Shown here piece after piece: positions 8,800-19,100 of a stretch of 64,000 nt of DNA. The notes below the pieces were generated by a model, which searched no databases, had not been told where the DNA came from, and worked only from the letters and a program-made list of their open reading frames with translations. Position 1 is the first letter of the stretch, and each line of letters opens with the position of its first letter. Where the stretch lies: positions 690,165 to 754,164 of the forward strand of contig JACKGQ010000001.1 of assembly GCA_020631905.1 (NCBI GenBank). The letters are read 5' to 3'. The DNA comes from Candidatus Nomurabacteria bacterium. Lineage in GTDB: Bacteria; Patescibacteriota; Saccharimonadia; Saccharimonadales; VXPC01. Made by a program: the position numbers and the translations under genes.

Positions 8800-10737
8800 A
8801 TGAATTTAATCTACCAATTAGACAATAAAATCCTGCCAGGTGACGACTTATATCACCATGTAAATAACAATTGGCTTCATAAAAATCCACTGCCACCAAG
8901 TGAATCACGTTGGGGAACTTTTAGCGAACTCCGCGAAAAATCATTCAAAGACCTCAAAAAAATCATTGAGGAGCTCAAAAATGAAGGTCCAAAAAATTCT
9001 AAACAACAGAAAATCATAGATTTTTACATCTCTGGGGAAACTCGCGATAAATACCACCAAAAGTCTGTAGAGAAGATTAACGAATTAATTAATATTATCC
9101 AAAAAGCAGAAAACCCGAATCAACTTGGTCAAATCCTTGGGACTCTCCATCGTTACGGTATTAACCCTTTTTGGAATCTATTCGTAGATTTAGATGACAA
9201 AAATTCTCGCGTACAGGTTCTCAGATTGGACCAAGGTGGCTTAACCTTGCCAAGTAGAGATTATTATCTAGAAGATTCTACACACATGGCCAAAGTTCGC
9301 AACCAATACTCCATATTCGCACACAAACTATTAGAAAAACGAGATTTTACACCATTAAACTTTGAACCAATTTTCGAAATTGAACAGAGACTGGCTGAGT
9401 ACAGCTGGACACCAGCAGCTTGTCGAGACTCAGTTAGAATGTATAACCCGTTCAATCTGAATCAGTTAGCTCAAACAATACCTTCATTTAATTGGATAGA
9501 TTATTTTCAGGCAATTGGCTTACCTCGAACGGATCATTTAGTCCTCGACCAGCCAGATTTTTTCGAAAAAACTATCCAATTCGTAATCACTTCAGATTGG
9601 GGCGAGATCCAAGCTTACTTAATTTGGTCCGTGCTAATGTCTTACGCAGGTAAAATAAATACCGAATACTCCAACCTATTCTTTGAATTCTTTGGCAAGG
9701 TTGTGTCTGGCCAAGTAAAGCAGAAGCCCCTTTGGAAGCGTCTGTTGATAGCTGCAGACTCTGCTGTAGGTGAACTGCTCGGCGAGATGTATGTAGCAAG
9801 TGTTTTTCCGGAAACTAGCAAGCACACCATACTCGAGATGGTCGAAAAAATTAGAGATGTGTATTCCAAAAGAATTTCAAATTTAGATTGGATGTCACCT
9901 AAATCGCAGAAAATTGCAATCAGTAAACTTAATAACATTAAGGTCAGAGTCGGTTACCCAGACAAATGGCGAGATTACAGTCATCTAAAAATAGATCGAT
10001 ATAACTTTATAGGCAACTTACTCGCAGCCGCAGAACACGATACTAAATATAGCTTAGATAAAGTTGGTAAGCGGCCTCCGATCGAAGAGTGGCACATGAC
10101 CCCACAAACTGTTAACGCATATCACGATCCAAATCGTCTAGAAATAGTTTTCCCGGCAGCAATTTTACAATATCCATTTTTTGATCCGAACTCTCACTAC
10201 GCCGCAAACTTGGCAGGAATAGGCTACGTTATTGGTCACGAGTTCACACATGGATTCGATGATCAAGGTTCTTTGTTCGATGCTAACGGTGAGTTAAAAC
10301 CATGGATGACAAAATCCGAAAAGCAGAGTTTTCATCTACGCTCAAAATATATCCGAGAATCAGCCAACAATTTTGAAGTTATCGATGGTGTCTTTATGAT
10401 TGGAGATTTAGTTATTGGCGAAGCAATTGCTGATCTTGGTGGAGCAGAGCTTGCGTGGCAAGTGTTGCAGAATGAGTTAAGTGCTGGGGCAATCAGTCAT
10501 ACTGATTCAAATGGATTAGACGCAGAGCATGTTTTTTTCTACGCCCTCGCCACCGTCGAAAGACAAAACGAATCGGCAGAATCGGCGCTACAAGCCGCCA
10601 AGTCTGATCCACATCCAGATCCTAGATTTCGAGTTAACGGCATCGTACCTCATATGGACGCTTTTTATAACGTCTTCGAAATTAGCCCAAATGATCGACT
10701 TTATCGAGCCCCAAAGACTCGTTCAAAAATCTGGTAG
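8800..10737 (+). CDS. pepO: M13 family zinc metallopeptidase (neprilysin/PepO-like endopeptidase)
   Basis: HEFTHGFD (HExxH), a downstream E-containing motif and VNAYH. Length 645 aa. Confidence 0.88.
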   Translation: MNLIYQLDNKILPGDDLYHHVNNNWLHKNPLPPSESRWGTFSELREKSFKDLKKIIEELKNEGPKNSKQQKIIDFYISGETRDKYHQKSVEKINELINIIQKAENPNQLGQILGTLHRYGINPFWNLFVDLDDKNSRVQVLRLDQGGLTLPSRDYYLEDSTHMAKVRNQYSIFAHKLLEKRDFTPLNFEPIFEIEQRLAEYSWTPAACRDSVRMYNPFNLNQLAQTIPSFNWIDYFQAIGLPRTDHLVLDQPDFFEKTIQFVITSDWGEIQAYLIWSVLMSYAGKINTEYSNLFFEFFGKVVSGQVKQKPLWKRLLIAADSAVGELLGEMYVASVFPETSKHTILEMVEKIRDVYSKRISNLDWMSPKSQKIAISKLNNIKVRVGYPDKWRDYSHLKIDRYNFIGNLLAAAEHDTKYSLDKVGKRPPIEEWHMTPQTVNAYHDPNRLEIVFPAAILQYPFFDPNSHYAANLAGIGYVIGHEFTHGFDDQGSLFDANGELKPWMTKSEKQSFHLRSKYIRESANNFEVIDGVFMIGDLVIGEAIADLGGAELAWQVLQNELSAGAISHTDSNGLDAEHVFFYALATVERQNESAESALQAAKSDPHPDPRFRVNGIVPHMDAFYNVFEISPNDRLYRAPKTRSKIW

Positions 10738-10738
10738 T

Positions 10739-11071
10739 TTAACACTCCACCAAATTTATATAACCCGAAGAGTTAACTTCAGCCGCCAATAACTCGATCT
10801 TACCAGGCCACTTATTAACACTTAGCCAAATTTCGACAGATCGCTGCATCTGCTTAAGTTTTGCAGGTGTTATTGCCTCGAGTCCGCCGCCGCCTATACT
10901 GTTTTTACGATATTTTACTTCGACAAAATATATCGATTTTTTCTTTTTTGCGATTATGTCTATCTCGCAAGCCTTAGTTCGCCAGTTTTGCTTTAATATT
11001 TGGTAGCCAGACTCAATCAAATATTCGGCCACTAAATTCTCGGCTGATCTACCTTTATCGCTAGTGTTCAT
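10739..11071 (-). CDS. yraN: YraN family endonuclease (UPF0102)
   Basis: ENLVAEYL...GYQILKQNWR...EIDIIA...FVEVKYR, the classic YraN signature. Length 110 aa. Confidence 0.85.
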   Translation of the reverse strand: MNTSDKGRSAENLVAEYLIESGYQILKQNWRTKACEIDIIAKKKKSIYFVEVKYRKNSIGGGGLEAITPAKLKQMQRSVEIWLSVNKWPGKIELLAAEVNSSGYINLVEC

Positions 11072-11655
11072 AACAACTTCTTAATTGGTGAGAACGATTT
11101 ACGATGAATATCACTGATGCCATATCTACTTAAAGCATCTCGATGAGCTTTTGTCCCGTATCCGACGTGTTTTTCGAAACCATAGTTTTTATATGCGTTT
11201 GCAAGCTGACGCATACGCATATCCCGTTCAACTTTTGCTAGTATGCTTGCCGCCATTACTTCTGCAAAAATGGAATCAGCCTTGGCAATAACTCTAGTCT
11301 CCCATGCGTCACTCTGGCCAAGATAGTTTACGTTACCATCGATTATTAACTCTACTTCATCCGCCGAGCCAGGGTTAAGTGATTCTAAAACTTGTTTAAC
11401 AGCTAATCCCATTGAGTATGTTTGTGCCCAAGTTAAGCCATATTTGTCGATGTCACAAGATTCTACAAAAACTACTGCTTTATGATCTTGGCGTTCGATT
11501 ATCGTTTTATAGGCTGCTTGACGTTGATCAGAAGTCAGTTTTTTAGAGTCGTTAAGCCCAGCCGGTATGCTACCAACAAAACATATCGCCGCCGCCGTAA
11601 ATGGACCTGCCCAGGCTCCGCGACCAGCTTCATCTACACCAATTACATATTTCAT
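11068..11655 (-). CDS. rnhB: Ribonuclease HII
   Basis: GVDEAGRGAWAGP with a DEAGRG catalytic motif. Length 195 aa. 4-nt overlap with yraN. Confidence 0.92.
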   Translation of the reverse strand: MKYVIGVDEAGRGAWAGPFTAAAICFVGSIPAGLNDSKKLTSDQRQAAYKTIIERQDHKAVVFVESCDIDKYGLTWAQTYSMGLAVKQVLESLNPGSADEVELIIDGNVNYLGQSDAWETRVIAKADSIFAEVMAASILAKVERDMRMRQLANAYKNYGFEKHVGYGTKAHRDALSRYGISDIHRKSFSPIKKLL

Positions 11656-11674
11656 ATGAATGTATTATATCGTA

Positions 11675-11705
11675 CAAAAAAGACCTATATTGATAGGTCC
11701 TTTTT
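11675..11705 (-). terminator. Rho-independent terminator downstream of rplS (bidirectional: A-run, 7-bp stem GACCTAT/ATAGGTC, T-run)
   Basis: Perfect hairpin flanked by A6 and T5 between the rplS stop and the rnhB start. Confidence 0.75.
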
Positions 11706-11722
11706 AGTGTCCTGCAGTATTT

Positions 11723-12187
11723 CTAGGCGGCTTGACTATCGGCAGTATCAGTAGTATCTACATCATCGCTAGCAGAATCTTCGGCTTGCTCTTCAGCTAC
11801 GACCACATCTTCTTCTACGGTGTTAACTGCTATTTGATCAAAGTCGACACTAGACAAACGGGCCGATTTACCAGTAAGTTCACGGATATAAGTTAGGTAA
11901 TTGCGGCGAACTTTGCTTCGCTTGACTACTTCAACTTTGACGATGCTTGGGCTATGCATCATAAAACCTTTTTCGACTCCAACGCCACTAGCAATTTTAC
12001 GAACTGTAATGCGATAGGTAGGTGAGTTTTTTCGATCGACTCTAATTACTAGGCCTTCAAAAACCTGAACACGTTCTTTGTTGCCTTCTTTAATTTTCTG
12101 ATGGACACGCACAACATCACCGCTACGTACTAGCACTACTGATTTTTTTGCATGCTTGGCACCAATTTGCTTAACAAGTTCACTCAT
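11723..12187 (-). CDS. rplS: 50S ribosomal protein L19 with a C-terminal acidic extension
   Basis: VRVHQKIKEG...RVQVFEG core of bL19. The C-terminal ~30 aa are D/E-rich. Confidence 0.92.
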   Translation of the reverse strand: MSELVKQIGAKHAKKSVVLVRSGDVVRVHQKIKEGNKERVQVFEGLVIRVDRKNSPTYRITVRKIASGVGVEKGFMMHSPSIVKVEVVKRSKVRRNYLTYIRELTGKSARLSSVDFDQIAVNTVEEDVVVAEEQAEDSASDDVDTTDTADSQAA

Positions 12188-12260
12188 AACCGGTTGATTT
12201 TACCAGACTACCTCTTATAAATCAACACTTTATATTCTCTGGTACGAATCGTGCTGGCAA

Positions 12261-13859
12261 CTAGCCGACTACCCGATAGATCTCTTCGATTGTGGTCTCT
12301 CCAGCAATGGCCTTTAAGACCCCATCTTGCAGCATGGTCAACATGCCACCGTGTCTGATAGCCTCAGTTTCAATAGATTGTGAGGTGATATCGGTGTGTG
12401 ATGCAAGCATAGCCTGTAAGCTGTCATTCATGACTAACATCTCACGAATTGCAATCTGACCAGAGTAGCCAAATGGATTTTCATCCGAGGCACCAGGATG
12501 GTATAGCGTAAGATTGTTGATATCTGGTTTCTGAACATTGTCTGGCAAACTTTCAAGCACATTTCTAATCTGTTCAACCACCGCCGGCTCGGGTTGATAT
12601 GCTTGCTTCGTACTGTCATCGAGTCGCCGAACAAGTCGTTGTGCCTGGATGAGTCTGATCGAGCTCAAAAATAACGGATTTTCATTGGTCGCGTCCATGA
12701 TTCTCGTCATCGCTGTAGCAGCCGAACTAGCGTGATAGGTGCTCAACACCAAGTGTCCGGTTAACGCAGCTTGTAGAGCTGTTTTGGCTGTGTCATCATC
12801 ACGAATTTCTCCAACCATAATCACATCTGGATCAAGACGCAGTACTGCCCGTAAGCCCTCGTTGAACGATGCGCCACCTTGAGTGTTGATCGGAATCTGG
12901 GTTATACCTGGTATTTGGTATTCTACGGGATCTTCAAGTGTAATCAGTTTTCGTTCGGGATTAATTAATTCATTAAGTATGCTATAGAGTGTCGTACTCT
13001 TGCCGGAGCCGGTTGGTCCGACAATCATAACTAAACCTGATGGTTTATTAATAATATCGCGCAGGACACTTTCTTCGTATTCGTCTAGGCCTAGTTTTTC
13101 GAGATGCAGCATATCAGGATTGAAGTTAAATAAACGCATAACTACATTCATTCCATATATGCCTTGCACTGTTTCAATCCGCAGGTTAACTTTTACTTCC
13201 GATCCATCTTCCATGTGATATGTCTTACCAATGTGCCCTGTCTGTGGATCTGGTGAACTAGTCGACAAATTAGCCGCACTCGCTATTGCACTAATCAACA
13301 TTCGATGTCTTTCGAGAGGCAGTTCTGCAATTGGATGTAAAACTCCATGAACACGGATTCGAATCCGCATAAACTTTTCTTCAACTTCTAAATGAATATC
13401 GCTAGCCCGTAACCGAAAGGCTTGTTGAACAATATAGGCAAGCATGTCGTCTGCCTTAACCTTTAAAAGTGTCTGGCTAATCTGCTCAATCCCGACTGCC
13501 CCAACGGCTTTTTCGAGCTTTATATCCTGATAGACCACTTCTTCTGGAGGGTCATAAAGTTTCATATATTCGCTATAAGCACTATCGGAGATAAGTACAA
13601 AATCGACTCGATGTTCGTTAAATCTGTTCCTAACTTCGTCGCGAACTCTCGGTGGAGTATTGGTGGTTATTGCAAATGTAATCCCATCTTTAGAAGAAAC
13701 AATTGGAACCGTTCTAGTCCTGTACATCTCTTCGTTCGTTAGCAAGTCTTGATACAAGGGCTTTGACTGTAGGCTACGTACATCTAAATAGCGTAACCCG
13801 AGAATATTGGCTCTTCTAAGGGTGTTCGCTTCTTCAATTGATCTCGCATCTTGTGACAT
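12261..13859 (-). CDS. pilB: Type II/IV secretion ATPase, PilB/GspE family (type IV pilus assembly ATPase)
   Basis: Walker A VGPTGSGKSTT plus Asp and His boxes. Length 532 aa. No other pilus genes in the window. Confidence 0.85.
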   Translation of the reverse strand: MSQDARSIEEANTLRRANILGLRYLDVRSLQSKPLYQDLLTNEEMYRTRTVPIVSSKDGITFAITTNTPPRVRDEVRNRFNEHRVDFVLISDSAYSEYMKLYDPPEEVVYQDIKLEKAVGAVGIEQISQTLLKVKADDMLAYIVQQAFRLRASDIHLEVEEKFMRIRIRVHGVLHPIAELPLERHRMLISAIASAANLSTSSPDPQTGHIGKTYHMEDGSEVKVNLRIETVQGIYGMNVVMRLFNFNPDMLHLEKLGLDEYEESVLRDIINKPSGLVMIVGPTGSGKSTTLYSILNELINPERKLITLEDPVEYQIPGITQIPINTQGGASFNEGLRAVLRLDPDVIMVGEIRDDDTAKTALQAALTGHLVLSTYHASSAATAMTRIMDATNENPLFLSSIRLIQAQRLVRRLDDSTKQAYQPEPAVVEQIRNVLESLPDNVQKPDINNLTLYHPGASDENPFGYSGQIAIREMLVMNDSLQAMLASHTDITSQSIETEAIRHGGMLTMLQDGVLKAIAGETTIEEIYRVVG

Positions 13860-13911
13860 TATTTTAGATTTCCCACATTTATCTCGGACTATTATACTAT
13901 GTGCTCGAAAG

Positions 13912-14406
13912 ATGAGTAAGCCTAAAATTATATTAGTTATGGAAAACTTGCGTAGTATCTACAATGTAGGTGCTTTACTACGAACTTGCGAAGGTTTGGG
14001 AGTGAACCAGGTAGTCTACATCGGAACAACCCCTCACCCAATTGTGCAAGATGATCAGCGGCTACCATTTAAGGCCAAACAGCAAACAAATCAAATCGCC
14101 AAAACTGCTCTTGGTGCAGAAAACTCAGTCAGCGGTGATTACTATCGATACAGTAAAGATTTTTTAGAATCGAGAGACCAGAGCAAGCTTCTGCTAACGC
14201 TGGAGCAAAATAAGAAAAGCGTTCTTTTAGACGGGTTTTGCCTCTCAGAAGATGCCTATCTTGTAGTTGGGAACGAAGTCGACGGAGTGTCCAAATTACT
14301 AATTGAGGCAAGTGATGGTGTTTTAGAGATACCGATGCTTGGCCATAAAGAATCTTTAAACGTCGAGGTGGCTGGAGCGATCGCCATTTACAGTTTGCTA
14401 CATTAG
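13912..14406 (+). CDS. SpoU/TrmH family RNA 2'-O-methyltransferase
   Basis: ENLRSIYNVGALLRTCEG...VVGNEVDGVS...EIPMLGHKESLNVEVAGAIAIY. Start moved to the internal ATG at 13912 to avoid overlapping the pilB start. Confidence 0.8.
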   Translation: MSKPKIILVMENLRSIYNVGALLRTCEGLGVNQVVYIGTTPHPIVQDDQRLPFKAKQQTNQIAKTALGAENSVSGDYYRYSKDFLESRDQSKLLLTLEQNKKSVLLDGFCLSEDAYLVVGNEVDGVSKLLIEASDGVLEIPMLGHKESLNVEVAGAIAIYSLLH

Positions 14407-15320
14407 ATGTGGATGTGCGGTAAGTGCATATCTAGATGGGCATGATGCCGGATATACCGAACCTCTAATAGCACACCTGCAGCCACAACACCAGCAGCAA
14501 CTGTTGCCAATAATACCGCTAACCAAGGTTCCACGAGTGGCTTATCAACCTCGGCTACACTGGCCAGCGGAAAACCGCTAGCTTGTTCAGATAGGTCGGG
14601 TTCAGTCGATGATAACGCAGCTTGCTCAGTTTCAGTCTTAGGTGTATCTGAAACCTCAGCCTCTACACCTGTATCTGTCTCTGGAGTTGTATTGTTAGCA
14701 CTTGACGGGCTCGAAGATGTGCTCGTAGGTTCGGTCGCAGACTGCTGCGCTGAATCGTTTGGCTCGGGGTTACTGGCTTGCGCCGTGCTAGCGGTTGGGG
14801 CAGCGTAGTGAGCAACCACAAAGTAAGTATTTGAATAAGTTACACCTTGGTAATTCCACTCGCCCACATAGACAACTCCATAGCCAACTTCTGTATAAGT
14901 CTTGCTTAGCAAATTAGCACGATGCCCGCTACTGTTCATCCAGCCTTGGACAATTGCATCTGCACCTTGGTTGCCAGCCGCCAAGTTTTCGCCTGCTCCG
15001 GCGTAGCTATAGCCGGCATTCACAATGAACGACCAAGGTGTCGTGCCATCAGGGGCTGTGTGCGCAAAATAACCATTAGCTAACATATGGTTTGCCTTGG
15101 CTTGAGCAGAGCTCGATAATTTACTATTGCTTCTATAAGCTACTAGACCGTTATTCAATCTTTCCTGATTAGATAAGCTAAAAAGTTCTCCGCTCGATAC
15201 CGCAAAAGCTTTGCCTGGGACAAAATTTACCACGACTGCCAGAACAAGCCAGACATATACGCCTGCGGCTATCAAGTGGTGTCCGATACGCTTTTTCGGC
15301 AAATTCATATCTTCAAGCAT
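14403..15320 (-). CDS. CAP/SCP/PR-1-like domain protein with an N-terminal signal/TM segment, an S/T/P-rich linker and a C-terminal TM anchor
   Basis: HTAPDGTTPW...GENLAAG...GWMNSSGHRANLL...YFVVAHYA resembles the CAP superfamily. Hydrophobic segments at both ends. Confidence 0.65.
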   Translation of the reverse strand: MLEDMNLPKKRIGHHLIAAGVYVWLVLAVVVNFVPGKAFAVSSGELFSLSNQERLNNGLVAYRSNSKLSSSAQAKANHMLANGYFAHTAPDGTTPWSFIVNAGYSYAGAGENLAAGNQGADAIVQGWMNSSGHRANLLSKTYTEVGYGVVYVGEWNYQGVTYSNTYFVVAHYAAPTASTAQASNPEPNDSAQQSATEPTSTSSSPSSANNTTPETDTGVEAEVSDTPKTETEQAALSSTEPDLSEQASGFPLASVAEVDKPLVEPWLAVLLATVAAGVVAAGVLLEVRYIRHHAHLDMHLPHIHI

Positions 15321-15361
15321 TATATCAAACCATAACCAGCATGTTTAAAGATTCAGAACTA

Positions 15362-16036
15362 CTATTTCTTGCGCGAAGTTTTGGTTTTGCGAGCTTTAAC
15401 TGCCTCGCTTCCACCCAAGACATACCACATTGCTCCGATTGCCCCGCCACCGACAAACCACCAATACCAAGCTGCTGACTGGTCGGTACCTGCCACATCA
15501 TCGGCAGATTCCTGAGTGCTTGCTTGATCACTACTAGTATTGTTATCAGAACTTGTATCAGCAGGATTTTCCGTATTTGGATTGCTTGTCTCGGTCTGAA
15601 CATATGATGGCGCGCTTACTGGCGATATATCGACGAGATTACGCTTAATCGGCCCATACGCGTTCCAGCGTTGTTCGGCTGCCGTACTCAATAGTTTGGC
15701 AGATTCGACAGCTGTCATGACTGCCTGTTCGTCGATATCGACAGTTTGACCAATATTTAATTCATAAGCCCCCATGGCCTGAACAACTTCAGTTTCGGCA
15801 GCGATTGCTTGACCCTGGCTCAGGCTAATATCGGCATTTCCCGCATAAAGTTCGATGCTTCTTCTGACTAGCTTGGTTAGGTTATCGCCTGCCTTTACGC
15901 TATAGCTAAATCTAGCCTGAGGCTGATCGGCACCTGCTGCAGCATCCTGGGCGGAAACCCTACCACCAAACAATGCACATAAAACTAAAGTTAACAATAT
16001 CCCCACATTGAGCTTTTTACTGATTGCATAGCTCAC
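15362..16036 (-). CDS. Secreted or membrane-anchored protein with a LysM-like segment (YSVKAGDNLTKL), an S/T/D-rich linker and a C-terminal TM helix
   Basis: Signal peptide ending VSAQD, a LysM-like motif and a terminal WYWWFVGGGAIGAMWYVLGG TM segment. Confidence 0.55.
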   Translation of the reverse strand: MSYAISKKLNVGILLTLVLCALFGGRVSAQDAAAGADQPQARFSYSVKAGDNLTKLVRRSIELYAGNADISLSQGQAIAAETEVVQAMGAYELNIGQTVDIDEQAVMTAVESAKLLSTAAEQRWNAYGPIKRNLVDISPVSAPSYVQTETSNPNTENPADTSSDNNTSSDQASTQESADDVAGTDQSAAWYWWFVGGGAIGAMWYVLGGSEAVKARKTKTSRKK

Positions 16037-16122
16037 TGTTTTCCCTCCGAAATTATAGCCAAATCATACTATAAGTATGCATTCGTAACAACAAGCTTGT
16101 GTGAATAACACATCAGTCTTAA

Positions 16123-19100
16123 CTAGCCAAACCTGACATTCGTCTTGCCAACGCTTTCGCCAAGAGCTTCGAGCAACGGTTCGGCAGGTTCAATCATTTG
16201 CGGCAAACGTAATATTTGCTTCTGTGTATCTTTACCGATCACTAGAACTACCTCAGTCTTACCTGGGTATTTATCTATCAGAAGTTTTATTGCAGTCAGT
16301 TGATCGGCATTATTGGTACTATCCAACCGAATGAATAGACGTCGAGTGCTATCATCTCGAGTTTGCGGAGTTGATTTGGATGTTGTTGTCTTTTTTGAGT
16401 TTGTTTTTTTGGTAAGGCTCAGTTTCTTACCCTTCGGACGGTACTCAAGCGCCTTATCATGCGAAATTTCCTTGATACTCGAAGCCATAATTTTTGCTGT
16501 TTCTTGTAGGTTACCAATTTGGTCGGTGCCAGATACTTTGCCCTTAACTTCGACTATTTTATCTACTTGCCAATTATCTGAAGTCTCCTTATAGGTGTTT
16601 GGAAAGACGATTACTTCAATATCGCCAGAAAAGTCTTCAATTTTGACAAAAGCCATCATTTGGCCATTCTTTGTAGTTATTGTTCGTACATCTTGAATAA
16701 CTCCGCCAATTACTGCCCCACGACCATCATCTTGAGGTCTGATTTCTTGGCTAGGTATTGTATTTTCTTCGAGATATGCCCGATAGTCTTCTAGAGGGTG
16801 TTCGCTAAGGTAGAGACCCAGGAGTTCACGCTCCCAAGCCAGTACTTCGGACTTGCTAATCTCAGGCCCCTGACTCAAAGTGACGCTTATCTGCGAAGCT
16901 ACTGCGGCTTTATCGTTAGCGTCTAGCGCGCCAAAGAGATCTGTCTGCCCGCTTGCGGCTTCTTTCTGTAGTCGGTGCGCAACATGAATAATATCATCCA
17001 GACTAGCCAGCAAATCTGTCCGTGAGCCCAGGGCATCAAACGCCCCAGCCTTAATTAGGCTTTCCCAAGATTTACGGTTTACAATACTACTGTTAACCCT
17101 AGCGACGAAATCATTAACATCTGCGAATGGCCCAGCTTCATCACGAGCTCGAATTATCTCTGCAACAGCACCATGGCCGACGTTCTTGACTGCATCCATG
17201 CCGAAACGAATTTCGTTCTGGCCGCCAATAATTGCAAATTCATGATACGAACTATTTATGTCTGGCGGCAATACTTTTATACCATGCTGTGAACACTCTG
17301 CTATTTCGATACCTAAACGATCTAAGTTATCAGCATCACTGGTCATTAGCGCAGCCATAAAGGCGTCAGGGTAGTGAGCCTTAAGATAGGCAGTCTGGTA
17401 GGCAATTAGTCCATAACAAACCGAGTGCGACTTATTGAAAGCATAGTCAGCAAACCCCATCAGGTCATCCCAAAACTTCTGCATTACTTCTTTGGGAACA
17501 CCCGAATGTTCAATACCGCCTTCCACAAACCGCTTTTCCATTTTTTGCATAACTTCGCGGATTTTTTTACCAATAGCCTTACGTAATGTATCCGATTCAC
17601 CACCAGTAAATCCACATACTTCACGACTAATCTGCATCACCTGTTCTTGGTAGACTAGAGTGCCATAAGTACTTGACAAGGCCGCCTCGAATGCCGGATG
17701 CGGTACCTTAACCTCTTCCTTGCCATTCTTACGATTTATAAAGGCGTCGGTTAGTCCAGCTCCAAGTGGACCCGGGCGATACAAGGCCGTCATTGCAGCA
17801 ATATCTTCGAAAGTAGTTGGCTTGAGTCGTTTAAGGTACTGTTTCATGCCACTAGATTCCAATTGAAATACGCCTGTTGTATCGGCGTTCTGCAATAGCT
17901 CAAAAGTGGCTTGGTCGTCTAGCGGAATTGTGTCGATGTCAATCTCCTGGCCATAGACTTTGCGAATAATCCTCTGTGCATTGCGAATTATCGTTAAGTT
18001 AGATAGGCCTAAGAAGTCCATTTTCAGCAGACCTAGTTCTTCGACTGGACCCATCGGATACTGAGTTGCAACTACACCCTTCTGTGCCATTTCTAAAGGT
18101 GCAAACTTAACTAGTTCATCGGGTGCAATCACTACTCCGGCAGCATGGACACCATGACTCCTAATTGTACCCTCTAGGCGCACAGCCAAATCAAACACTC
18201 GTTTAGATTGAGGGCTACTACCATATTCTGTTTTTAGATCAGAATTATCTTCTAGACTCTTTTTTAATGGTATATGACGACCTTGGACTGGTGGCGGAAT
18301 CAACTTGGCCATACGATCGGCATCTGCGTAAGGTACTTGGAGTACTCGCGCCACATCACGCACAGCGTTTCGGGCGGCCATCCGGCCAAATGTCACAATA
18401 TTGGCTACTCTGTCGGCACCATACTTTTCGGTGACATATTTGATCACTTCGTCACGGCGAGAATCTTGTATATCGATGTCGATATCTGGCATGCTAATTC
18501 GGTCTGGATTTAAAAATCGCTCAAACAGTAAGTCATATCTGAGCGGTTCAACTGTAGTTATCTTTAGGGCGTAAGCAACAATCGACCCAGCCGCCGAGCC
18601 TCGCCCTGGCCCGAAAACTATTCCCTGTTCCTTGCCCCATTTTATAAAGTCCCAAACTATCAAAAAGTAGCCGTTAAAACCCATGCTATCAATCACGGCC
18701 AGCTCGTACTCGGCGCGTTCAAGCACCTGTTTCTCTAAAAGTTTTTTTGCCGACTCAACATCCAGCTTGGAGGCTTCTTGTTTGGTAAGGTTGGCATAAT
18801 TAACACACAAGCCCTGGTAAACAAGTCGTTGTAGATAGCTTTTTTCATCGTCTTTACCTGGTGTAGGAAACTTAGGAATCAAAATTTTTCCAAGTTCGAT
18901 ATCAACATTACAAGAGTCGGCAATCTTACGAGTATTACTAATTGCATCTGGTCGGTGCTGCCAGCGTTCGATCACGTCTTTTGGGTCGGACACAAACAAG
19001 TGCCAACCCGAAAGACTCATCCTGTCGGTATCACTTAAAAACGAGCTGGTTTGAACACACAAGAGAATTTCGTGAACTTCGGCATCTTCTTCTTTTAAAT

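Noticed and set aside
15325-15603. 92-aa minus-strand ORF overlapping the 3' part of the LysM-like gene in another frame
   Set aside because: It overlaps the longer ORF that has a signal peptide and TM anchor, and has no independent support.
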